From NCBI GenBank assembly GCA_963727455.1, contig CAVSGG010000007.1, positions 32,001 through 96,000 of the forward strand: a stretch of 64,000 nucleotides of DNA. The letters run 5' to 3'. Both the position numbers and the translations under genes were made by a program. Shown piece after piece: positions 52,018 to 60,640 of this stretch; the first letter of the stretch is position 1, and every line of letters starts with the position of its first letter. The notes under the pieces were generated by a model. The model was given only the letters and a program-made list of their open reading frames with translations, was not told the DNA's origin and did not search any database. This DNA comes from Candidatus Krumholzibacteriota bacterium (GTDB lineage: Bacteria > Krumholzibacteriota > Krumholzibacteriia > JAJRXK01).

Positions 52018-54600
52018 GTGAACGCTCCGCGCGAGAGCATGCGGCGCGGACTCCTCCTGGCGGCGGCCTTGTGTCTGTTGCCCGTGGCGAGTTCTCATGC
52101 CCAATACGAGCAAGGGGACACCCGCCGGGAAGCCATCGAGGCTGGCAAACTCCAGGCGGACGAATCTTTGACTCGGGGAAAGCTCGACCTCAACCGTGCG
52201 ACGCGACAGCAGCTGAAGAAGCTGCCGATCCCCGCCGATGTGGCCGACGCCATCTACGAGTACCGCACTTACCGCAGTTACTTCGATTCGATCTACGATC
52301 TGCGCCATGTCGAGGGCGTCACTCCGGAAATGATCAAGGAACTCCTGCCTCTCGTCGCGACGATGCCGCCCAAGACCCAGGAAGACTGGGTACGACGTTA
52401 CGACGAGTCATTTCGGCAATTGCAGAGATTCTTGAGCCGGGAGGGCGCGAGCGAGGAGTTGGCGGATGAATACCGTGACCAGCTGCTCGAACCTCGTGAC
52501 ATCAACGAACTCTCGCTCTACGACCTGCAGAGCTACCAGAATGTCTCGCCGGTGGATGCAACTGCGATCATCAAGGCGCGCGAGCGCTCGGGAAAGATCC
52601 AGAGCCAGCGTCAGCTGCGCAGCGCGGATGGTCTGACTTACTGGGCGTACCGGAATCTGCGCGACTACGTGGTCTACGAGCCGCCGGAGCAGGACATGAA
52701 GCTCCACGGCAGCATGCAGTTGCAGACCTTCAATACTCCCTATCTACTGGATGAGAAGGATCTTTTGACCGAGACCTTCCATCCGGCAGTCACTAGTACC
52801 GAGCCGCCAGAGTTCTCAGAGGAAACTCCCTACGGGCTCAAACATCTGGACAGCCCCAACCCGGCGGTACTGACCAAGCTGCGACTGCGCATGGGACTGC
52901 AGTGGAAGGCCGGAGTGAGCACTTTCCGCGACGTCGGGGAGAAGAATCTGGCTGAAACCGCCAAGTACTTCCTCGAATGGCGTAATCAAAACAATAATAG
53001 GAACCAGCTGGACAAAGTGGTGCTGGGCAACTTCCGTGTCGCGTTCGGGCAGGGTTTGGTGATGGACAACACCGACTACTTCCTGAGCCGTAAGACAGGC
53101 ACGGGCTTCAACAAGCGTCCCCAGGGACTCTTGGGCGACATGAGCCGTTCCTACGAGTTTGCTCTTCGCGGCGCAGCGGCCGAAGCGTCGCTGGGGAAGT
53201 TCCAGCTCCTGGGTTTCGTCAGCAGCGGGAAGAAGGATGGAATCCTCAATTACGATTCCGATGGCAACGCGCTGAGTATCAACAAGTACATCGTGGGAAG
53301 CCCGCGCTTCGAAAATTCCGAGTACGAGCAGATGGAAAGCAACATCCGCCGGGGTGCCTTTGACGAAGATCTGTACGGTGGCTTGGCGCGCTACGAACTC
53401 TGGCCCGGAACCTACGTGGGCCTTTCCGGTTACGAGGCGCACTACAACCTTCCCTTCGATCCCAACGTGAACACGATCGTGGCCCGCACTGATCTTTTGG
53501 ATGGCAGAGATTCCGAGCTGTTCAACGCCTACGATTCCAGACAATTGGGCAAGTTCCGACGGGTGCTGGGGGCCGAGTTCCAGACCGTGGTGGACAACGT
53601 CGCCTTCCAGGGTGAGTACGCGAAACTCGATTCGAATCCCGACGGGGGACTGCTCTCCAACGCTCCGGACGCCATGGTGTTCACCGGCTACACGCAGTGG
53701 GAGAACTTCAACATCTTTGCCCTCTATCGCGACTACGACGTGGGCTTCGACAATCCCTACGCGCGACCCTTCGGTGAGGACAGTCGCTACGAGCAGACTC
53801 TGCTCACCGATCCCTTCCGCCTGAATTCACCGCTCTACTCTTGGCTCGAGACGAGCACGCCGCAGACCAAGGCCGAGCGCGGCATCTTCTTGCAGACGCG
53901 CTACCGCATCAGCCGGCAGATCACCATCAGCGGTCTGGAATTCGACCAGTGGGTGCGCAAGGCTGATGGTCAGAGTCAGCGCCGCTACACCTTACGGGTG
54001 GAATACGCGCCCGTGTGGCCGATTCGATTCCGCGTGCGCCAGCGCTATAGCGATCGCGCCGGCGAGGAGCTCTTGGACAACCGGCGCTTCAAGAGCTGGG
54101 ACAGTCGCTTCGAGGTACGGGGGCGTCTCTCGGCCTACGACGAACTGCGCTTGCTCTACAGCAATACCAACACCCAGTTCGCCCCACGTCCGCGTCTGAG
54201 CGGCTTGGCTGAGCCCACCGATCCCCAGGGCTACACTTACACCCCCTTATCGCAAGCCGCCAGCCCCAGCAAGGCCATCCAGGGCATGCTGATCCACAAC
54301 GTCAACGATCGCCTCCAGTTCACGCTGAGCACGGAAGTCTACGACGGCTTCTTGTGGAACTTCGAGGACAACGAGTTCATCGCAGTCGATGGTCAGGGCA
54401 TCCGCAGCTGGTTCCTCGTTCAGAGTCGGCTCTCGGACAGCATGCTCGTACGCTTCAAGATGACCCACGACCGGCAACGCACGCGAAACAACTTGCAGAT
54501 TCGCGATTATCCCAATTCCGCGCCGAGACCTGAAGATTTCCATACGGGCGACAAGCGGGAAATCACGGCCTTCCGCCTCCAGCTCGACTACAACTTCTAG
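52018..54600 (+). CDS. ComEA-like helix-hairpin-helix protein fused to outer-membrane beta-barrel
   Basis: LDLNRAT..QLKKLP...ADAI.EYR...F.SIYDL..VEGV and a second DINELS...AII.AR unit; LGNFRVAFGQGL; terminal FRLQLDYNF. Confidence 0.8.
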   Translation: MNAPRESMRRGLLLAAALCLLPVASSHAQYEQGDTRREAIEAGKLQADESLTRGKLDLNRATRQQLKKLPIPADVADAIYEYRTYRSYFDSIYDLRHVEGVTPEMIKELLPLVATMPPKTQEDWVRRYDESFRQLQRFLSREGASEELADEYRDQLLEPRDINELSLYDLQSYQNVSPVDATAIIKARERSGKIQSQRQLRSADGLTYWAYRNLRDYVVYEPPEQDMKLHGSMQLQTFNTPYLLDEKDLLTETFHPAVTSTEPPEFSEETPYGLKHLDSPNPAVLTKLRLRMGLQWKAGVSTFRDVGEKNLAETAKYFLEWRNQNNNRNQLDKVVLGNFRVAFGQGLVMDNTDYFLSRKTGTGFNKRPQGLLGDMSRSYEFALRGAAAEASLGKFQLLGFVSSGKKDGILNYDSDGNALSINKYIVGSPRFENSEYEQMESNIRRGAFDEDLYGGLARYELWPGTYVGLSGYEAHYNLPFDPNVNTIVARTDLLDGRDSELFNAYDSRQLGKFRRVLGAEFQTVVDNVAFQGEYAKLDSNPDGGLLSNAPDAMVFTGYTQWENFNIFALYRDYDVGFDNPYARPFGEDSRYEQTLLTDPFRLNSPLYSWLETSTPQTKAERGIFLQTRYRISRQITISGLEFDQWVRKADGQSQRRYTLRVEYAPVWPIRFRVRQRYSDRAGEELLDNRRFKSWDSRFEVRGRLSAYDELRLLYSNTNTQFAPRPRLSGLAEPTDPQGYTYTPLSQAASPSKAIQGMLIHNVNDRLQFTLSTEVYDGFLWNFEDNEFIAVDGQGIRSWFLVQSRLSDSMLVRFKMTHDRQRTRNNLQIRDYPNSAPRPEDFHTGDKREITAFRLQLDYNF

Positions 54601-54610
54601 GGAGTATCCC

Positions 54611-55978
54611 ATGCGTGGCACGATTCGTAGAAGCTCACTGTTCATCCTGTTGGTTCTGCTGTTGCAGGCAGTGGCAGTTCCCGGAGCGGTGGCAACGACC
54701 ACTTTGGATGCGGCCTTCGGGACGCCCTTCGGCGCGCAAACTCCACGAGCGGCGGCCATGGGCTCGGTGGGGGCGGCCCTCTACCAGGGCAGCGCCAATC
54801 TCGTCGCGAACCCGGCGATGCTGTCGCGGATGGACGGCCGGCTGCGGGTCGAATTCAATGGCGGCATTTCCCAGGTCAACGAGGATCGTTACCAGCCGCT
54901 CTTCGACTCCTTCGAGTCCTACCTGACGGACACCGTGGTGGCCAGCAATCGCAACAGCTACGGCCTCTTGCAGGGTGGCGCAATCTATCAGCTTCTGCCC
55001 GAACATCAGGTGACGGTGGGGATTGGGATCTTCGACCGCTACAGCTTCGACTACGACTACTTCGAGGAGATTCGCGATACCAACACCTCCAACGTTCCCT
55101 CCCGTGACGCGGTGGTTCAGTTACGCGACTACCAGATCGACGGCAGGCTGCGCTCGATCACCTTTGGCTATGGAATGGAGATCACGCCCCGGCTCAGAAT
55201 GGGGATCAGCCTCCATCGCTACACCGGCACACTGACGCACACGGCCAACACGCGCACCACCGCCCTCTATCTGAATACCTTCACTAGCGATCCGGGATCG
55301 GCCGCCTTCGAGCATGAACTTCGCGGTTGGGGCTGGACGGCCGGACTCGCCGGCACGGTGAACGAGCGCCTGGATGTGGGAGCGAGCTTCGAGGGGCCGT
55401 TCACGGTGCAGGGAGCGATCAGTTCCATGGACTCGACGATCGGCAGCTGGATGCCCTACGATCAGAGCGTTGTCGTGATGCCGGTGACGAGTGGCGACGT
55501 CAAGGTCAAGTACCCCGGAACGCTGCGGGCGGGCGTTAGCTATCGCCCCCGCAACCTCTTGACCACCGTGTTTTCGGTGGACCTCGTGCGCCGCTTCTGG
55601 GAAGGCGTGGCCGACGAGAGCTACCGGACCGCGGCCTTCGTTTCTCGCGGTACTCTGCGCGATACCTGGGACCTGCGCTTCGGGCTGGAGCACGTCTTCT
55701 ACAACAACGTGCCAGCGCGTTTCGGCTTCCGCTACCTCGAGAACTACGCCGATCCGGAATCGAATCGCTCGATCTTTTCCGGCGGCGTGGGCTACGAATC
55801 CGCGGGATACAAGTTCGACGTGACTCTGCAGTACCATCGGCAAACCAGCCGGCAGGCCTTCATTTTCGACCGCACTCTGACCTGGTCGGACGGTCAGGTC
55901 GATCCGGGGCCTACCAGCCTCTCGAAAGTGGAAGATGGAATGGTGAGTCTGTTGCTGGGGGTCTCCCGAAATTTCTAA
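54611..55978 (+). CDS. FadL/OmpP1-like outer-membrane beta-barrel
   Basis: Signal peptide; PRAAAMG...ANPAML hatch-like motif; amphipathic strands; terminal LLLGVSRNF. Confidence 0.7.
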   Translation: MRGTIRRSSLFILLVLLLQAVAVPGAVATTTLDAAFGTPFGAQTPRAAAMGSVGAALYQGSANLVANPAMLSRMDGRLRVEFNGGISQVNEDRYQPLFDSFESYLTDTVVASNRNSYGLLQGGAIYQLLPEHQVTVGIGIFDRYSFDYDYFEEIRDTNTSNVPSRDAVVQLRDYQIDGRLRSITFGYGMEITPRLRMGISLHRYTGTLTHTANTRTTALYLNTFTSDPGSAAFEHELRGWGWTAGLAGTVNERLDVGASFEGPFTVQGAISSMDSTIGSWMPYDQSVVVMPVTSGDVKVKYPGTLRAGVSYRPRNLLTTVFSVDLVRRFWEGVADESYRTAAFVSRGTLRDTWDLRFGLEHVFYNNVPARFGFRYLENYADPESNRSIFSGGVGYESAGYKFDVTLQYHRQTSRQAFIFDRTLTWSDGQVDPGPTSLSKVEDGMVSLLLGVSRNF

Positions 55979-56039
55979 TTTTACTATCTTCCTAGGAAGG
56001 ACGAAGCCCACCCACGGCGGAAACCCCCGGGAGTCAGCC

Positions 56040-57719
56040 ATGCGAGCCAAAACCCTACTTCTCATCTTCAGCCTCAGCATTCTCCTCGTCCCCAGCGCGC
56101 GGGCCGAAGACGAGGGGATGATCCGTCTCCATCTCTTGTGGACGAACGACATCCACGGCCACGTTGGGCCCGAGGAAGCGCGCTTCATGAATCCCGACTT
56201 CCCGCCTCCTCTGGGCGGTGGCGCGGCGGCGGCGGCCTACGTGCACAAGGTGAGGGCCGAGGTCAAAGGCGATCCCAACCAGGCAGTCCTCTTGGTCGAT
56301 GCGGGGGATACCTGGCAGGGAGCCCCGGTGGGCACCTTGAGCCAGGGCAGGGTCATGGAGACCTACTTCAACACCATGCACTACGACGCGGTGACGGTGG
56401 GGAATCACGAATTCGACAAGGGCAAGGACGTTCCCATTCGCATGTCGGCCGCGATGAAGCAGAAGTTCGTCTGCGCCAACATCTACAAGGAGGGCACCGA
56501 CGAGCTGGTCGACTGGGTCGTGCCCTATCGCGTGGTTGAGAAGGCCGGCCTCAAGATCGGGATCATCGGCGCCATCACTCCGGCGACCAAGTCCATGGCC
56601 TTCGACGAGAACGTGAAGGGTCTGGATTTTAGGCCCATTCCTCCCGCGCTCGAAAAGTACCGCGATATCCTGAAGAACAAAGAACACGTCGACCTGGTCT
56701 TTGCGCTCATCCACGAGGGTTTGCCCTACGATCCCGAAACTGGCTGGAAGCAGTTGGTGAAGCGGGTGAAGGAGGGCGACGATCTCCAGGACCACGCTCA
56801 GGGCGACATGGGCATCGCGCACGTGGTCACGGGAATTCCCGTCGTCATCGGCGGCCACACGCACCGGGGCTACCGCAAGCCTTGGATCGATCCGGTGACG
56901 CAGGCCATGGTCTTCGAGACCTTTGGAAACGGCTCCTCCATCGGACACGTGGAGATCCTCATCGACCGGGCGACCAAGCAGGTGATGGGCTACGAGAGCC
57001 CGCGCCGCGACGGTACCCTCATCACGCTCTTCGAGGACCAGTACTGGCCGGACCCCGAGATGGCCAAGGATCTGGAGCCCTACATCGCCGACGCCCGTAA
57101 GGGCCTGGACAAGACGGTGGGAAGGTCGGCGGTGGAGCTCTCGCGCAACGGCGGACCGCTCTCGCGTATGGGAATCCTCGTAACCTCGGCCATGCTGGAG
57201 GCGCAGAACGGCGATTTCGCCTTCACGAACCTGGGCGGGCTGCGAGCGAACCTCTCGGCAGGCCGCATCACCATGGGTGATCTGATGCAGGTCTTGCCCT
57301 TCGGCAACGCCTTGGCCACGGTCCAGATGGATGGCTCGATGATCCGCCGCATCTTCGAGCGCAAGACGGGTCGCAACAGCAGTGGCATTGCCTACAGTGG
57401 AGTGAAGGCCGTAGTCGATCCGGATGCGCCGTACGGTCAGCGGGTGCTGCAGCTCACCCTGCTCGATGGAACCCCCATCGTGCCAGGGAAGGACTATAAG
57501 GTCGTCACCAGCGACTTCCTCATGGAGGGAAACAGCGGACTGGACTTCCTGGCCGAGATCCCGCCCGACAAGATCAACTACACCGGCATGCTGACCCGGG
57601 AGGCCCTGGCGGACTACATCAAGGCCCACTCGCCGGTCTCCCCGCATTCGGATGACCGTTTCAAGGAGGACGTGGGGGGCGCCCGCGCCACATACCTGAA
57701 GCCCCTGGACCTGCAGTAA
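56040..57719 (+). CDS. Exported bifunctional metallophosphatase / 5'-nucleotidase (UshA/CpdB family)
   Basis: TNDIHG, DAGD, GNHEFD, GGHTH; C-domain NLGGLR, VLPFGN. Confidence 0.93.
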   Translation: MRAKTLLLIFSLSILLVPSARAEDEGMIRLHLLWTNDIHGHVGPEEARFMNPDFPPPLGGGAAAAAYVHKVRAEVKGDPNQAVLLVDAGDTWQGAPVGTLSQGRVMETYFNTMHYDAVTVGNHEFDKGKDVPIRMSAAMKQKFVCANIYKEGTDELVDWVVPYRVVEKAGLKIGIIGAITPATKSMAFDENVKGLDFRPIPPALEKYRDILKNKEHVDLVFALIHEGLPYDPETGWKQLVKRVKEGDDLQDHAQGDMGIAHVVTGIPVVIGGHTHRGYRKPWIDPVTQAMVFETFGNGSSIGHVEILIDRATKQVMGYESPRRDGTLITLFEDQYWPDPEMAKDLEPYIADARKGLDKTVGRSAVELSRNGGPLSRMGILVTSAMLEAQNGDFAFTNLGGLRANLSAGRITMGDLMQVLPFGNALATVQMDGSMIRRIFERKTGRNSSGIAYSGVKAVVDPDAPYGQRVLQLTLLDGTPIVPGKDYKVVTSDFLMEGNSGLDFLAEIPPDKINYTGMLTREALADYIKAHSPVSPHSDDRFKEDVGGARATYLKPLDLQ

Positions 57720-57761
57720 AGTCCCCGGAGCCGCTGCCCCAGGAGGTCGAATTTTGGTCAG

Positions 57762-57799
57762 GGGAGTCTTGCCGCGATGCGAGACTCCCTTTTCCTTTT
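57762..57799 (+). terminator. Intrinsic terminator closing the 46.7-57.7 kb operon
   Basis: GGGAGTCTTGC-cgcgat-GCGAGACTCCC followed by TTTTCCTTTT. Confidence 0.8.
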
Positions 57800-58121
57800 G
57801 CAAGCCTCCCCGCTTCCTCCCGTGGCGTTTTCCCTGAGCAAAATTCCCTGAATTTGTCGCCGCCGTGCGTCGGCGAAGCCTCCCCTGCGAGGTAGCTCAG
57901 GGGCGCTGCCCTTCCCATGATTCCCCATGGGGGAGCGCTCTTCCCCGCCATCTGTGGGACGAGGCCCTGGGGCTGGACCATGGGTCAGAAGGCCTAGGAG
58001 CGGGGATTCGCTTCCGGTCTTTATCCTGCATGTCCGTCAGCTACCAAGAGCGTCGCTTCGTGCGCCGGGGGGGCGCAGAGGTCACGACCGCGGCTCGCCC
58101 GCCCATCTGGAGGAGATTCCC

Positions 58122-59399
58122 TTGGCTCAACCGGCACGGTGCCTCGTGACTTCCGATCGCGTCCGGCTCGATCCGAGTCAGCGCAACCCTCAACTCACCC
58201 GATTTCATGAACTGATGCAGAAAATGGTGGTCGGCCAGCCGAGCGCCCTGGAGACCGTCACCAATTCCTTTTCCAGGCTCTTGGCGGGGATCCACGACCC
58301 GGAAAGTCCCATTCTCACCATGATGCTCCTGGGGCCGACCGGAGTGGGGAAGACCGAGACCGTTCGCTGTTTGGCCGAAGCCCTCTTCGGCAGCCGTAAG
58401 GCCTTCACCCGCGTGAACTGTCAGGAATATTCGGCCCACTACAACCTCTCGAAGCTCTTGGGAAGCCCACCAGGCTACGTGGGGGGCGAGATCAAGCCGC
58501 TGCTCTCCTCGGAGAACTTGGAGCGGCACTACAAGAAGGCGGTCGAGGAAGGACTGGGCCTCTTCCAGGACAGCCTGGGTAGCTTTTCCAACGCGGACGA
58601 GGAGGGAGGGCTCTCGCTCGTGCTCTTCGACGAGATCGAAAAGGCCCATCCCAAGCTCTGGAGCATGTTGCTTGGCATCCTGGAGGACGGGAATCTGGTG
58701 CTGGGGAACAACGAGGAAGTCGATTTCCGGCGCAGCATCATCGTGCTCACCACCAACGTGGGGAGCGAGGCCATGGGCAAGCACCTCTCGCATCAGGACA
58801 TCGGTTTCTACGACGACGACGACGAGGAACGCGTCGACCGCGATGTACACGAAGCCGCCCTGCGCGAAGCCCGCAAGGTCTTTCCTTTTGAGTTCTTGAA
58901 TCGCTTCGACGAGCTGATCAGCTACGACACCCTCAAGGAATCGCACCTCTACCAGATTCTGGACAATCTCATCGCTGACATCCACATCCGCAGCATCAGT
59001 TGCACCGAACCCTTCCTCTTGCGCGTCAGCCCCAAGGCGAAAGAGATACTGGTGCAGGAGGGGCACGACCCGCGCTTTGGCGCGCGTCCCCTGCGCCGCG
59101 CGGTCGAGAGCAAGCTCGTGACGCCCATCGGCCACCTCATCTCGAGCGGGCAGGTGGTACGCGGAGATCTCATCACGGTCGATTTCACAGACGAATTCAT
59201 TTTCGAGAAGGAACCCGGGGTAATGACTGCGGAGGAAATCGCGGCCTTCGAACGGCAGAAGCTCGAGAAGGAGAAGAGCCGCGATCTGGACGGAATCGAC
59301 GACGGTGGCGAAGCCAATCGCATCGTGGAAGAAGTCGACGAGGTGCTGGCGCGGGGCCTGACCCTGAGAGAGAGCAGCAGCATTCCCGGCGACATCTGA
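58122..59399 (+). CDS. Stand-alone Clp/Hsp100 D2-type AAA+ ATPase
   Basis: GGAGGAG RBS before TTG; VVGQ, GPTGVGKT, GSPPGYVG, LFDEIEKAH, EFLNRFD, GARPLRR; no N-domain or D1. Confidence 0.85.
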   Translation: MAQPARCLVTSDRVRLDPSQRNPQLTRFHELMQKMVVGQPSALETVTNSFSRLLAGIHDPESPILTMMLLGPTGVGKTETVRCLAEALFGSRKAFTRVNCQEYSAHYNLSKLLGSPPGYVGGEIKPLLSSENLERHYKKAVEEGLGLFQDSLGSFSNADEEGGLSLVLFDEIEKAHPKLWSMLLGILEDGNLVLGNNEEVDFRRSIIVLTTNVGSEAMGKHLSHQDIGFYDDDDEERVDRDVHEAALREARKVFPFEFLNRFDELISYDTLKESHLYQILDNLIADIHIRSISCTEPFLLRVSPKAKEILVQEGHDPRFGARPLRRAVESKLVTPIGHLISSGQVVRGDLITVDFTDEFIFEKEPGVMTAEEIAAFERQKLEKEKSRDLDGIDDGGEANRIVEEVDEVLARGLTLRESSSIPGDI

Positions 59400-59424
59400 G
59401 ACGCCTCGCCACTTTGCTCGCAGC

Positions 59425-59465
59425 AAAAGGCCGGATCCCTTTCGGGACCCGGCCTTCTTCTCTTT
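59425..59465. terminator. Bidirectional intrinsic terminator between convergent genes
   Basis: AAAAGGCCGGATCCC-tttc-GGGACCCGGCCTTCTTCTCTTT. Confidence 0.75.
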
Positions 59466-59490
59466 GGAGTCGATCGGTAGAGATTCTAGC

Positions 59491-60018
59491 TCAGTCCTTG
59501 GTGCTTCCCACTGCGTCCACGATTTCCTCGACGCTCTCTTTCTTCTCGCTCGCCTGCGAGTTGCTCTCGCTCCTCTTGGACTGGATCCGCGTGCCCGAGG
59601 CCGAGGGCATCGAACAGGAACCCTGGAAAATCACCGTCTCGTCCATCTGCAAGGAAGGTGTCACGATGTCTCCCTGCAGCTCGCCGTTGCCCTGGAGCTC
59701 GACTCGCTCCGAGGCCTGGATGCTGCCCTTGACCTTGCCCTTGATGGCGATGGTCTTGGTGGTGATCTGTGCGTCGACCTCGGCGTTCTCACCGATGATC
59801 AGGCTGCCTCCACTCTCGATCTCGCCGTTGAACCGGCCCTCGATGAGAACCGAGTTCTGAAAGCTCAGCTTACCCTCGATGTGAACGTCCGGTCCCAGGT
59901 AGGCCGTAATCTGGTCCTTGTTCTGGCTCTTGGACTTGGGAGTCGAGTTCAAGCTAGGTGTGCTTGGAGTCGGGGGAATCGAATCGAAATCTTGCGGCTT
60001 CTCTTTGCCTCCGAACAT
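59491..60018 (-). CDS. Bactofilin (polymer-forming cytoskeletal protein)
   Basis: GGAGG RBS; YLGPDVHIEGKL...IEGRFNGEI...IKGKVKGSIQA...LQGDI..PSL. Confidence 0.9.
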   Translation of the reverse strand: MFGGKEKPQDFDSIPPTPSTPSLNSTPKSKSQNKDQITAYLGPDVHIEGKLSFQNSVLIEGRFNGEIESGGSLIIGENAEVDAQITTKTIAIKGKVKGSIQASERVELQGNGELQGDIVTPSLQMDETVIFQGSCSMPSASGTRIQSKRSESNSQASEKKESVEEIVDAVGSTKD

Positions 60019-60115
60019 GCTTCCTCCAATGTCGCGGCCCGTTGCGGATACGGGGCTGAAGTTAGGTGCCAAAGGGAAGATGTCGCCAAAGAACCTCCCC
60101 CTGACCGCCCCCTGG

Positions 60116-60131
60116 TGCAACGGCGATGCCC
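60116..60131 (-). promoter_or_regulatory. Possible sigma54 -24/-12 site upstream of bactofilin
   Basis: Minus strand GGGCATCGCCGTTGCA. Confidence 0.4.
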
Positions 60132-60286
60132 ACCCCAGGAACCAGCGGCAAGTAGTTGCAATCAAAGACGATACAAATGAGCTCTCGTTGTGGACCCGTC
60201 ACGTCCCATGGTCGGATTCTGGTCGCGCTGAACGCTCAGAAGCCGCCGTCGGCGCAAGGGGAAGAGTGAGGGGGATGCGGTCGCGC

Positions 60287-60637
60287 CTAGGGCCAGAAGA
60301 GCATCCGGCCGCAGGTCTCGCAGAACATGACTTTGTTCTCGTTGATCGCGCTGGTGAAGATCGCGGGGACGTTGGTGAAGCAGCCGGTGCAGGTGCTGTC
60401 GACCACGGGGACCAGTGCCCGCCCGGTCCGTTCTTTGATGCGCTTGTAACGACGTACCAGCTGCGGAGGAAGCTGGGACTCCAGCTTCTTGTGGGCCTTT
60501 CGCAATTCGTCTAGCCCGCTCACGGGAAAGCCCATCTTCTCCAGAGCCTCGCGGTTCTTGGTGTCTTCTGCTTCGCGGATCATCTGATCCAGGTCTTGGA
60601 GAGCGACGAGGAGCTGGACGTTGTTGGCAGGGCTCAA
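60287..60637 (-). CDS. Short C4 zinc-ribbon protein (DUF164/CT398-like)
   Basis: LVALQDLD start; Y.RI...G.ALVPV...CTGC...CETCGRMLF. Confidence 0.82.
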   Translation of the reverse strand: MSPANNVQLLVALQDLDQMIREAEDTKNREALEKMGFPVSGLDELRKAHKKLESQLPPQLVRRYKRIKERTGRALVPVVDSTCTGCFTNVPAIFTSAINENKVMFCETCGRMLFWP

Positions 60638-60640
60638 GCC

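Noticed and set aside
52018-54600. Calling this comEA of a natural competence locus
   Set aside because: It is far larger than ComEA, carries a barrel, and no comEC, pilin or dprA genes are in the window.
58122-59399. Calling the ATPase clpB or clpC
   Set aside because: It lacks the N-domain, D1 and middle domain, so no gene symbol was assigned.
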